This document shows, in pieces, positions 39,890-50,997 of a stretch of DNA of 64,000 bases; positions within the stretch are counted from its first letter, which is position 1, and every line of letters starts with the position of its first letter. Location of the stretch: NCBI GenBank assembly GCA_002269645.1, contig NIVC01000033.1, positions 547,335 through 611,334 of the forward strand, given 5' to 3'. This DNA comes from Macrostomum lignano. Taxonomy: Eukaryota. The translations under genes were made by a program, and so were the position numbers. The notes below the pieces were generated by a model, which was given only the letters and a program-made list of their open reading frames with translations, made no database searches and was not told the DNA's origin.

Positions 39890-42800
39890 CTACAGACTAT
39901 CGCGCTGAGAGTTGATAGTGTATTTTCCGCCAGGACTAGAGCAGGATGATATAGCGCCAGTATCTACAGCATCGGTGACGCGACTGCTATCCGAAAGGGT
40001 GCTGTATCTTGCGCTGCTAGGATTCGGTGCTAAATTTGCCACAGGATCGACAACAGACTCGCCGTAGTCGGCGCTAGCATCTGCGCCTGAATTGGTCTTA
40101 GCAATCTTGGCAGTGCCTGAAGTGTGGTAAATAATAAACACGGGACAGTCGCCAGTTTCGTCAGCCTCATAACGACCAACGAGCTCTCTGATCATCTCCA
40201 TCGAGAACAGCGACCGATTCTCCCTGTGCAGCTCTACACTGGTGCACAGCTGACAGTCGGCGCGTCCGAATCCGCCAAAGTAGGCCACGGAGCCGCCGCC
40301 GCTAAAATGCGGGCACTCCAGCACCTGAAGTTGGCCTCGTCTGTTTGCAAACAGCCAGACTGAGCCAAGCCATGGCACCGTGAAGCGACTGGGTACTAGT
40401 AGACTGAGGGAGTCCTCCTGGTCGGCTTAAAAATATTAGTAGGGTTAGACGCTTTTAGGATTCGGCACTTTAAACAGGTACATGTGTATATAGCAGCAAA
40501 TCGCATTTTGCATATAGCACAAAAAAGTTAGGGTTTGACATTGTCCAGAGTTAATGAGCAGAGTAAAGTGTCACAATAGCGTCCTTTTGAAGTACTTGTG
40601 CTTCTCAGGCTGCTCTAGCAGTGTTTTGGGCTCTCCGTCAGCTTTAAGCGGAAGCCTTCTTGAAACTACTGTACTTTGGACTGCGGAGGGAGCCAGAGCT
40701 TGTCATCGGACTATAGTTCCCATGACAAGGGGAAAAGGCCCACTAGTGACGTTGAGACGGGAAAACAGACAGTCCACTAACAAAGCACTGGTGACCGCCA
40801 CAGAGCGCGAACCAAGAGCAGGCTGGGCCAAGCTGCCCAGCACTGCAAACAGAGCACAGGGAAAACGGGGCGGGAGCAGGAACAGAGAGCAAAAGATGGG
40901 AACTGTGCCCCAGCGGCACGGGAACTGCTGACTAGAGTGAGACACCAAACAGTAATCCTAGTGAAGATTACTACACTTTTATAATTTAATTTTTTACATG
41001 CCGCTTAATCATTTTCAAATCTGCGATCTGCGATCATTTGTAAATCACCATCATCAAGTAATTTAAATTTAACTTACCAACGAAAAAACCCTGATCGATG
41101 GTGACATATCGAATCTTGACTCGGTGCTGCTGCGGCCCACCCTCGAACCAGATGATCTCGGCGCCAGAGTCCACGTAGCGCATTGGCGAGAAGTCCAGCC
41201 GCATCTCCGCCTGCAGCTGGAACGGCTCCTTGCTGTAGGCGTTCAGCACTACTCGGCGGGAGATGGTGTAGAATGAGCACAGCAGGATGCGCGTCTCACT
41301 GACCGATACCTGGGAGGTTTTTCGAACAAGTGAGTTTTAGATTTGATCTGCAATCTGCTTTAATAGTGTTTAAAGATTCCATATGGTCGAGTTGTACATA
41401 AATGTAGCTTTTTCTTAACTAAAGTGTGACAATTTTTAATCTCAATTGCAGCAACTTGAATTGGACTTAGTGAACATTTCGGATGAATTTCAGTCATTAT
41501 TATCAGTACATGCCTACTTAGCACATCCATGTACGAGGTGTGGCCAAAAAGTAACGAGAATTTAGCTACAAAAACTTTCTGAACAAATAAATGCAAATTC
41601 AGTCAACTGCACCCTTCAAAGTAATTGCCGCCACTTTCAACACATTGCCTCAATTGCTGGTGCCAGCTCCTGATGCAGCCCTGGAAGTCCTCCTTCATGA
41701 TGCCCCTCAGCACCCCTGTCACACTCTCCTTGATGGCATCCAAGTCTTCAAATCTGGATCCTTTGAGAACCTGCTTCACCTAGGGAAAGAGCCAGGAATC
41801 ACACGGCGCCATATCCGGTGAATAAGGTGGATGGCGCAACTCTGCGACCAGTCTTTTGGCCAAAAACTGTCTCAATGTCCCGATGACCAATCGCAGCTGC
41901 TTCTGATCGTCATTGAGGAACTTTGTCACCATCTTTGACGCTCTCCCGTCCATCCCCGGAATCGCTTGTGCCACTAATACACTCTTGCCTGAGACATAGC
42001 ATCATCTCTATGTTAAAGCACAAAGCAGCTGGAGGCATTCCGATGGCTTCTTGCCGAGTTTCACCTAAAACTTGATGTTGATTAGTTGCTCATTGTTTAT
42101 TTTTTGACACGGCAGTGTGACAGCTATAATGAAAAATAATTAAAAAATCATGAAAACCAAAACATTTCGACACAATACTGCTTTCTATAAAAGCTGAGAA
42201 GCTGAGCTTCAAGAAGACATCGATTAATTTTAGTAGAAGTTTGTATTTTCAGATTTAAGCAGCAATTCTCGTTACTTTTTGGCCACACCTCGTATACTCA
42301 GCAAAATCGAAAAGTCGCCATCACAAAAGATTCCGTCTGTGGTCCCCACTTTTGAGAGTGCAGGTGAAGTCTCTCATTCTTTGCGAGTGACGCAACTCAG
42401 GTACACCGCGGCAGACTTGAGTTGAGGAATGAAAGTCGGGGGAGCGGTGTGCAAGGGTTGGACGGATTAAAGCTACCCCTGAGTTTTCTCGTACCTTTTA
42501 CTTCATACTAGTCCAAGAGAAATTGCTCACTGGCGCATAGAGTGGCGACTTTTCAATGTTGCTGAGTGTAGTGATCCGCTAGTTGGTGTTAGGCGTCGCA
42601 CTTTGTCAGCAGTCGCCCTTGCCTTCGCCCTCGCCCTGGGTTGCTGTCTGCCGCTGGTCAGCTTCCCGCCTCCCTCCTTTTGTCTGTCTGTTGCTGCTCC
42701 CTTCCCTCGTTTTGCCCCTTCGTTTCCCAGCCCTCAGCTTCTCTCCTGTGGGCTGTCGCTGTTTCGTCAGTCTCGTTTTCCCCTGTCATGTGAGCCAGTC

Positions 42801-45057
42801 ACATGACAGATTTCTCGTTCTTGGAGTCTTAAAGTTTACTGCACTCGCTGGTCCTGTTTACTGGGAGAGTCACGTGCTTTCGGTCCCCTCCCTTCTCTAA
42901 GGAGAGGAGTGATTCATGTTGCTAAAAATAGCAACTGAGTCACAGCCGCGTGTACTTCTGCCCGGAGACCCCAAGTGACGTCAGTTCTAAAAATAGAACG
43001 AGTCACGAGGTCTTGAGCGCATTGGGACTGTGCCCGGAGGCCATGAGTGACGTCAGTTCTAAAAATAGAACGAGTCACAAGATCTTGTGCAATGGGACAG
43101 AGGTGAATCCCGCGCTATAAATAGGACCCCTCTCCCCCTTGTTTCCGTCAAGGAGTTTTCAGTTATCAGTATTTGTAGCCGAGTTCCTGAGATTCTGACT
43201 ATTCGTCTTCGGAATCTTCTTCTTGTCAAGTTTTCCAGACTTCGTTCAGTTGCCCATTTAAGCTATCACCAATTGGCCTGACTAAAACTTAGACGCCCAA
43301 GCCTAAGGGAGGCTAACACTGCCTTCCAGCCACCCCTGAGCCCGGCGGGGATCTGCTGACTAGGACGCCTTGTTCATTAATCTGCAAATCTGCACTCTGT
43401 GCTGAGTTCGTTGACTTGTTTATTTCGTTCCGACGCGAAGCTCACCTCACCGAAGGCCGAGACCTGAAGGAACTGGTGGCAGCACTACCTACGCTACTGA
43501 GAGAGTTAAGAAGGCTTCCGAGTGAGAAGACGGAGAGCCCAAATCACTGAGCGGGACAGCGAGACAGCCCCGAGACAACCATAAGTACTTCACTGAGTAT
43601 ATGCTACACAGTGAATTAGGGTGCATCAATGATGCCTATGGGGCTGTACACTTTGTGTGAGCGTGTGTACTGCGTGCCTGTGTACAGTATCGCGCAATTG
43701 TCGCCGTACACGCATGTGCTCATGAGCCATCGGAATTGAGCAAAATTGTCGCTGAAAGCGCTGCGCCAGGGTGCCTACAACTCTTTTGCGAGTGTAATAT
43801 TATGGTCTCTTGCAACAGATTTAGGTAAAGGTGCCCTGCCATTGCTGCCCTGATACCCAAGTGGCTAATCTTACTTAAGTTGGACGTGCGTCATGATACA
43901 TCCGCAATTGGCAGCCTTCCGAACCTTGTGCGTTTGCTTACTTCTGTTACGAACTTTATCCAATTGTCGGCGGCAAAGTTTTACGTGCTTCAAATTTGGT
44001 TTCAAACAAAGCAAACTCTGTCGTAAGAACAAATTAAATGCCATTGCAAATCAAAGTACTAACCTGAAAAGGCGACTTGGCCTCCTGCGGCACGTATCTC
44101 TCGCCAGCGTCGCTGCAATCTAGCATCGATACAAGCTGCAACTCCGGCACCGACAGACGCCGGATGCAGTTATCAGACTCGCTGGGCAAATAGAAAATTT
44201 TATCGGTATAGCAATAGCAGGGCAGGATGGTCAGGCCAAAGTGCAAAGTTCTCAGGAGCGTCAGCTGGGCGTCGAATACCAACAGGCCAGAGCGGAACGT
44301 GCCGCCAGCATTGAATCGGCAGTTGAGTAAGAAATGGCCGCAGTGCGACAGCCAGCTGTGCACGACGCCTTCAATTTAGGAGTACACGTAATTAATATCG
44401 ATTCGGTGAATGAGGATACGTTCTCAGTGCTTTTATACAAAAAGGTAATAAAATGGCAATGGTACTCTACACTTCAACAGCCAAGAAAAGAAGTTCAAAC
44501 TGGTCTATCTATTGGCCACCCGCAGAGCTGAACTCTCCCTTTCAGAGAGCACCATAGCTGCCGGCGACACTGGGGTACCTCCCTGGGCGGCGCCAACCCT
44601 TCGTCCATAACGACGCGTCGGCCGTTCAGGGATTAGCGGAATGGGCGTTTGCGCCTTCCCGCTGAGTCCCCTTCAGGGACAGCCCTGCAGCTAAGTCAAG
44701 TAAGTCAAGGTCTATCTAATAGCTTTTACAAGTTCTCGGCAGTGTTACACCTTGCTAGGACAAGCGTATAACTTCCGCATTATTTATACGTCAAAAAATA
44801 GCACACAACTCACTGGTAATTATTGCGTTCTCTATCTGCCTGATGTACACAAGCCGCACAGCTCGGAACTCATCCACCTGAACTCCTCCAGTAGGCACTG
44901 ACTGTTCAACGGCTACTCGGCAAAACTTTTTAACCACCAACTGGCGCTGCTCAACGAGGGCTGCGTAAACAACGCCGATGCGGTCGCTGGAGTCGGCTTC
45001 GTAGTCCCAGTCGAAGACGGAGACTCGAGGCGAGAAGGGCAATAATATTGAGGTCAT
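39890..45057 (-). CDS. Uncharacterised protein, 4 exons, about 438 aa
   Basis: Exons 45057-44814, 44368-44064, 41309-41078 and 40425-39890 have canonical GT/AG ends and matching phases 1, 0, 1 (1317 nt, open). No family recognised. Confidence 0.65.
41534..42292 (-). mobile_element. Internally deleted mariner (Tc1/mariner) element
   Basis: TIR CGAGGTGTGGCCAAAAAGTAACGAGAATT at both ends with TA TSD. Remnant HPPYSPDMAPCD...GNYFEG C-terminus is joined to an N-terminal piece; the catalytic core is deleted. Confidence 0.92.
42420..43483 (+). mobile_element. Gypsy-like LTR remnant (about 1 kb) with an upstream PPT and a downstream PBS
   Basis: Purine tract GAGGAATGAAAGTCGGGGGAGCGG is followed by TGTG at 42449. 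TATA-like CTATAAATA near 43115, duplicated TGACGTCA-containing blocks, and TGGTGGCAGC (tRNA-Leu-type PBS start) near 43474. The 3' end of the LTR lacks a clear CA. Confidence 0.55.
44512..44708 (+). mobile_element. Short retroposed insertion (LINE 3' end or SINE-like) with AAGTCAAG tail
   Basis: TSD GGTCTATCTA at 44502-44511 and 44709-44718; 3' block GGATTAGCGGAATGGGCG...GCCCTG..AAGTCAAG is shared with the LINE ending at 54686. Confidence 0.8.
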
Positions 45058-46154
45058 GTTATGTGTGAGCAGCAACTGTTTTGCTTTGCAGTACTGCGTT
45101 ATGTGAGTGCTGCATTAAGAATTTGGGAATGATGGCTAGCTGGTTAATCGCAGCTATATAAGTCTTAGTCGTGATTCGCCCCATAGACTAATTGGTCACA
45201 TAGATTTTTGGGAGAGATTGATTTACTTTGTCACTACGAGTATTTGAAGCGAACTTTATTAGCATTGTTAAGTTTATTCTTGTTGAAAATCATGCATAAA
45301 TAACTCCATGACTGAAGGTTCACATGTTAATTTAAATAACTATATTGATTAATATTGGAGACTGTGCATGTACAGCTTACACCGCCTATAAAAACTCTGT
45401 ATTTTGGAAACAAAAAACAATAAGACTTTGCCAATAAATCCACAGATAAAAAAATATCACACGTTAAGAGCAATACATGGTCTGAAGGTTTTTTATACTT
45501 ATAGATCTTGTTATAAAACATTTTATTTAGATGAATTTTGATTGTTTCCACGGGTATTTCAAGCGCAAGCACATCTTTAGATAGAACACTGAATCTATCT
45601 ACAGTGTATCTTAGATCAAATAATTTTTGTCAACTTATTGTCGGCTTATGGCAGTGAAATTGTTTTCTTGGCCTTTATCGTTCTGATGCCTTAAGGTGAA
45701 AAAGCTCGCCCTGTTCGTCACTCATGCGCCCTGACTCTCAGGAAATCTCGCCAGATGGGAATTGAAAATCTTATTGTTCACATTGCAGACAACCCTACCA
45801 AATGCAGTCATCAGAATTCATAAAAAGACGCACTTTTTTGATACTGTAATCACTTGTTTCTTTTAAAAGGCCTGTTTACGCTTGAAATATCAGCGGAAAA
45901 GCGTTGCAAACTTCAGCTTGAATGAGAATTAAACTTTTCATATGAAATCTAATTTGCATTAAAACGTGCTTGATTAAGCAAAATAAAGACGATTTTCGGA
46001 TTAGTGCACTAAATTATTCCCACAATCCAGCTGAAAAACCCAGAGCCAGCTGCTGACCTGCATAATAATATTATGCCAGTACTATTCTAATTTGAACTAC
46101 AAACGAGGCCAGCAAGTGGAAGCTAATCGGCAGCTTTTTTGTTACCAAAATTTT

Positions 46155-48216
46155 TTAAAGTACATGCACATGCATCAGTGTTGCATCAGCAGAATCGCTG
46201 CTCATTTCCTGCTCTCCTCTGTCAAACACCTGCAATGAATGGATGAGAATTTTATGAGGAAAATAACTTCTAGTTGAGTGAAGAAGCTTGGATTTTTCAC
46301 ACGAGTGTTTCAGTACCTTCAACCGCTGCGCCACCTCGTCAGCCAGACGTCTGGGAATTACGGTGAGAGCTGCCTGCAAATCGCGCCAGGGCTCGATCAG
46401 CAGCTTGGCTTCACGGTAGAAACTGGCACCCACGACTAACTCCTGGATGTCCGCACCAACTCTAAGGGCAACGGTGTTGACCCAGCGATGAGCATCCTCA
46501 TCTTGGGGCGTTAACTCCAATCGGAGACTGTGCAGGAAGGCGTCAAAGTTTACATAGTGATAAGTGACGTAGTTCTGCAACCGCAGCGGGAAGCAGTCGG
46601 ATAAAACTGCCGGCAGGAACTCAAGCTCAGGGCGCTGATCAAATTCAAAGCAGAATTTCCAGGCTGAGTCGTTGCTCCACAGGTAGTGCCACATCAAGTC
46701 CTTTGTAGCTTCAGCAGCGGACCTTTCAGACCGCCATGAGATGCCTTCGCTCACTATGTGCCCTCTGCAGTCTGCAAGCACCTTCAATGCTGCATCCCGG
46801 TCTCTGAACTTCAGAAACGCTAGTGCTTTAAGAGTTTCTCGAGCCGTGCGCGCACAATCTGGAAGCTGGCTAATGTGCTGCAAGAGCGACTGCTTGAGCT
46901 CTGGACTGCTGCAGTCACGCTGAGATAGGCGGACAAGCGACTCCCTCACGAAATCGTAAATTTCATGATATTCTACGGTGGCAGACATTCGAACTTTATT
47001 TGCTTTCATTCGAGGCAGAATTAGAAACGGATGGAAGTGAAATGTTCCGGTATTAGTAAGGGGCCTCAATGTATGGATAAATTTAATTAATAACTCCGGA
47101 AGTCTCTTCATAACGTATTGAAGCACTCTAGATATTTCTTGAGAACTGCTTTTGTCTGCACCTTTTAGATACAGAGCAGCATCGCACAGGAAGAAGTGGT
47201 TCATGATTTTGTCTTCTGGCTTAGTTGCAGCTTCATCTTCGCTGCAGCTGCTCTTGACGCTGCTTGATAAAATTTTCAATGAGCGTCTGATTTGACTTAC
47301 GAGATTTTCCGGCTTCCATTGGTCAGAAGGTGTCTCCTCCAGCATTCGAAACGTGATGGTTTTCACGTGATACGCCTTCACGCCTTGCACTCGACGGCAG
47401 ATGATTTTTTTAACCAGATACTTGAGCGTCACGAATAGCTGTCCCTGCAACGTGCTGAGACTTCGGAGTAGCCGCTTCTCAAGGAAGGTTGTGCTAACGC
47501 GAAGTTGCTTACCGGATTGCTTCGGAGGGGCAGCATGCACCACGTGACAAGGTGAGTTTGTCAATTCGCTCTCGACTGACTGCAGTATCGAGTGAGCAAT
47601 GTTGGAAGCTGATCGCCGGGACGGAAGAAGGGGCGCGATGGGAGGGTAGCAACAGAGACGGCAGGCTGCAACTATATCCACTGCCGGCTTCAGCGAGGAG
47701 CCCCGGAAGGGCTTGGCCGGGTTTGTGGCTGAAATTTAGATTTAGAAAAAGTAAAATATTAGCATCTTTTTCAAAAATCTATCTATCACAAAACTAGATA
47801 GATAAAAGATGTCATTTCGGTACAAGTATACTGGATCAATCGCATAGATTAAAACAAAATTTTCTTTACCAAATCCGGAGCAGAGAATGTGTCCATTTGT
47901 GTATTCAACTGGATGCAAATTCCTTTCTTTACAGCTGCAATGATGCTTGAGATGGTAGAGTCTGCCCCGAACCAATTCCATCACGTCAATGTCGGACTCG
48001 ATATCAGTTTTCCCATCAAGACTCGTCAGACTGTTACCCCATCCTTCGGAGAAGCTCCCAACCACAAAAATATCTTCGTACGCGATTCGCTTTCTTAGAA
48101 TCTCCTGAAGGACGTCAGCCGCAGCTGCCTGAAGGGCAGCTCTTGAGGCAACGAATCCGGCTCGACTGAGGGCGGCGTGCAACTGCTCGCCCAGCTCAGT
48201 TTCGGTCGAGGGGACC
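46155..48216 (-). CDS. Mab-21/cGAS-like nucleotidyltransferase domain plus C-terminal helical extension (exons 2-3 of the fusion gene)
   Basis: NTase motif VVGSFSEG...SDIDVM, third acidic strand AVDIV, Mab-21 motifs LRVSTTFLEKRL, LKYLVK, AYHVKTITF and NHFFL. Confidence 0.88.
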
Positions 48217-50997
48217 CTGAAATTCCAGAAAATGGTAGTTTTTTTCTCATTCGTTTCCTTAATATTTAATGAATCTAGCGGTTGCGCAACAAAGGAAAGA
48301 TTTTTTCTACTGAGAAATTCGGTTGGCTCATAAGCACTACATTGATACCACAATGGGACAATACTACTGAGAAATGTACTCAAAATACAGATTTAGGGAA
48401 CAGATTTGGCATTCGATGCGTACGATTCAGCATTTAAATTAAACTAAGGAGAACTTAAGTATTTGCACTTTTATAATAAAAAACTTGATCTGAGACACTC
48501 ACTCTTGATCAGTAGCATCCATCGCGCTGGATCCAGAGTCATCGTCCAGCTCTACTTCCGTCCAATAAAGCTCAAGTTCCTCGAAGTGATATTCAGCTAA
48601 AGTGAGCAGCGTCACCACTTGATGGTGCTTCAACAGAGACGCTGCCTTTAGTGGCGTCAGGCCGTCCATTCGCGGAATGCTGACGTCGGCTTGTGCTTGA
48701 ATAAGCGAATCCACAACTTTATGATGCCCATTTAACGATGCAGCAAATGTCGGCGTGCAACCTTCAATACAACGGCAGTTCAGGTCGGCTTGAGCCTTGA
48801 TTAGTAAATCCACCACCTGGTTGTGACCATTTTGTGCAGCAATGAAGACTGGTGTGCAGCCGTCACTTTTTACAATATTGACATCGGCCATCGCACGAAC
48901 CAGAAGGCTGACTACTTTGCTGTGACCTTGAAAGCATGCGGCAAACAGAGGAGTGCAGTTATCTGAACTGCTCAAGTCTACAACAGCTTGCGCCTTAATT
49001 AGCAAGTCAACTATTTGAATATGATCGCTCAAAGCTGCAATGTACAGGGGTGTCATTCCGTTTTCTCCTTGGCAGTCAATATCGGCCTTTGCTTTGATCA
49101 GTGTCTCAGCTATTTGGTAATGACCGTTTTGACTGGCAATGTATAGTGGCGTTGTACCGAAGACGTCTTCTCTAATGTTCACGTTCGCGTGAGCTTTGAT
49201 GAGCGACTTAACTACGGGCAGATGATTGTTCAGGGATGCAACGTATAGCGGCGACATTCCATCGTCGCATTGCGTATTGACGTGAGCTCCTGCTTTAATG
49301 AGTAAGCTCACGGCTGCATGGTGCCCGTCTTGTGAAGCGATGTATAACGGGGAAGCCCCAACGCTGTTTGGAAGATCTACGTCAGCCTCAGCCTTTAAAA
49401 GTGACCTGGCAACCTGATGATGTCCATTCTGACAGGCCAGATATAGCGGTGACGAGCCTGTTTCTCGCTGAAGATTAACGTCGGACTGAGCTTTGATAAG
49501 AAGTTGCACCACTTTGAAGTGATTTTGCTCTGATGCAATGCTCAGAGGTGAGCCGCCTGAGTTTGTTGAAAGATTGACGTCAGCTTGTGCTTTGATCAAC
49601 AAGCTCACCACTCTTTCGTGGCCGTTTTGTGATGCGTAATAGAGCGGCGATGCTCCATCTTTGTCTGTAGCGTCAACTTCGGCTTGAGCTCTGATAAGAA
49701 ATTTCACCACCAGATGGTGACCGTTTTGAGAAGCGATGTGAAGAGGTGTGCACTTATAATCGTCTGGCTGATTAACATCTATCTGTGCATTTACAAGCAT
49801 TTTAACTACGCGATCGTGACCGTACTGGGATGCAGCAAATAGTGCTGAGGTGCCTTTCGCTGCTTGGATATCGACGTTAGTTTTTGGGCATCGTAGCAGC
49901 CGTTGGACTACACGAAAATGACCTTGGATTGATGCAATACAAAGTGGTGACATTTTATCGTGCTTTTGTAAGTTGACATCTGCTTTAGCCTTAATGAGCC
50001 TGTCAACCACTTCGAAATGTCCGTTCTGGGCGGCAACATAGATAGCTGTTGCTCCATGATCATTCTGAAGATCGACTTTGGCATCTGCCTGGATTAGTGA
50101 GTCAGCCACTCTAACATGACCTGTCTCAGATGCAGCATGCAGAGCAGATGAGCCCTCTATGAGCTGAAGGTCGATAACAGCTCCTCCCTTAATTAGCGAG
50201 TCAACGACCTTATTGTGGCCTTGAAGCGCGGCAGCCATAAGTGATGATATCCCACTTCTTAGTTCATGATGGACGTCGGCCTGTGCCTTGATGAGAAAAT
50301 CGACCACTTTCGAATGACCTTGTCGGGAGGAGATGTACAGCGGTGAGCAGCCACTGATTTCAAGAATGTCAACATCCGCCTGCGCCCTGATTAGCGAGTC
50401 CACAACTTCATGCTCTCCAAACTGCGAGGCGATGTACAATGGTGTAGCTCCCTCGAAACTCTGAAGGTTCAAATCGGCTTGAGCTTCTATAAGCATCTTC
50501 ACAACTGGGTTATGACCATTCTGTGATGCAATATAGAGTGATGTGCATCCGTCGCACCCTTGAACATCAACGTCCGCACCCGCCTTAATCAGCGACCTCA
50601 CAACACGATGGTGGCCGTTCTCCGAAGCAGCGTACAGAGGCGTATTGCCATCGATTTCCGAAAGACCAACATTCGCGCGTGCTTTGATAAGGGCGTCCAC
50701 CAGGTTCTGGTCGCCACGCTGCGATGCGACGTACAGTGGCGTCTCCCCGGTACTTAATTGGCAATTCACGTCACATGCAGGCGTGTCGAAGAGCATTTGA
50801 GCTATTTGGTCGTTTCCCACCACGCAAGCCAGGTGCATTGGCGTCGCAAGTTCACCGTCATAAAGTATTGCTCGATCAACCCTCATACCTGCAGCAAGCG
50901 CTTGTTCTATTAGTTGGACATTTTCTGCTTCAATAGAAGCCATAAACTCATGCTCACTGATGTCAGAACCGTGAGAATTTTCTTTTTTTGCTGACAT
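46155..50997 (-). CDS. Ankyrin-repeat / Mab-21 (cGAS-like, cGLR) nucleotidyltransferase fusion protein, 3 exons, about 1471 aa
   Basis: Exon 1 50997-48503 (donor GA|GTGAGT, phase 2), exon 2 48216-47870 (acceptor TTTCAG|G, phase 2; donor G|GTAAAG, phase 1) and exon 3 47728-46155 (acceptor TTTCAG|CC, phase 1); total 4416 nt, open. Confidence 0.8.
48503..50997 (-). CDS. Ankyrin-repeat array, about 23 repeats (exon 1 of the fusion gene)
   Basis: Counted 23 TPL/SPL-type 33-aa repeats (G.TPLYIASQNGH..VV..LI.A.AD). Confidence 0.95.

Noticed and set aside
48499-50997. Stand-alone 832-aa ankyrin protein as called by the ORF track
   Set aside because: The stop overlaps a consensus donor in the phase needed to join the Mab-21 exons, so a fusion is more parsimonious, pending RNA evidence.
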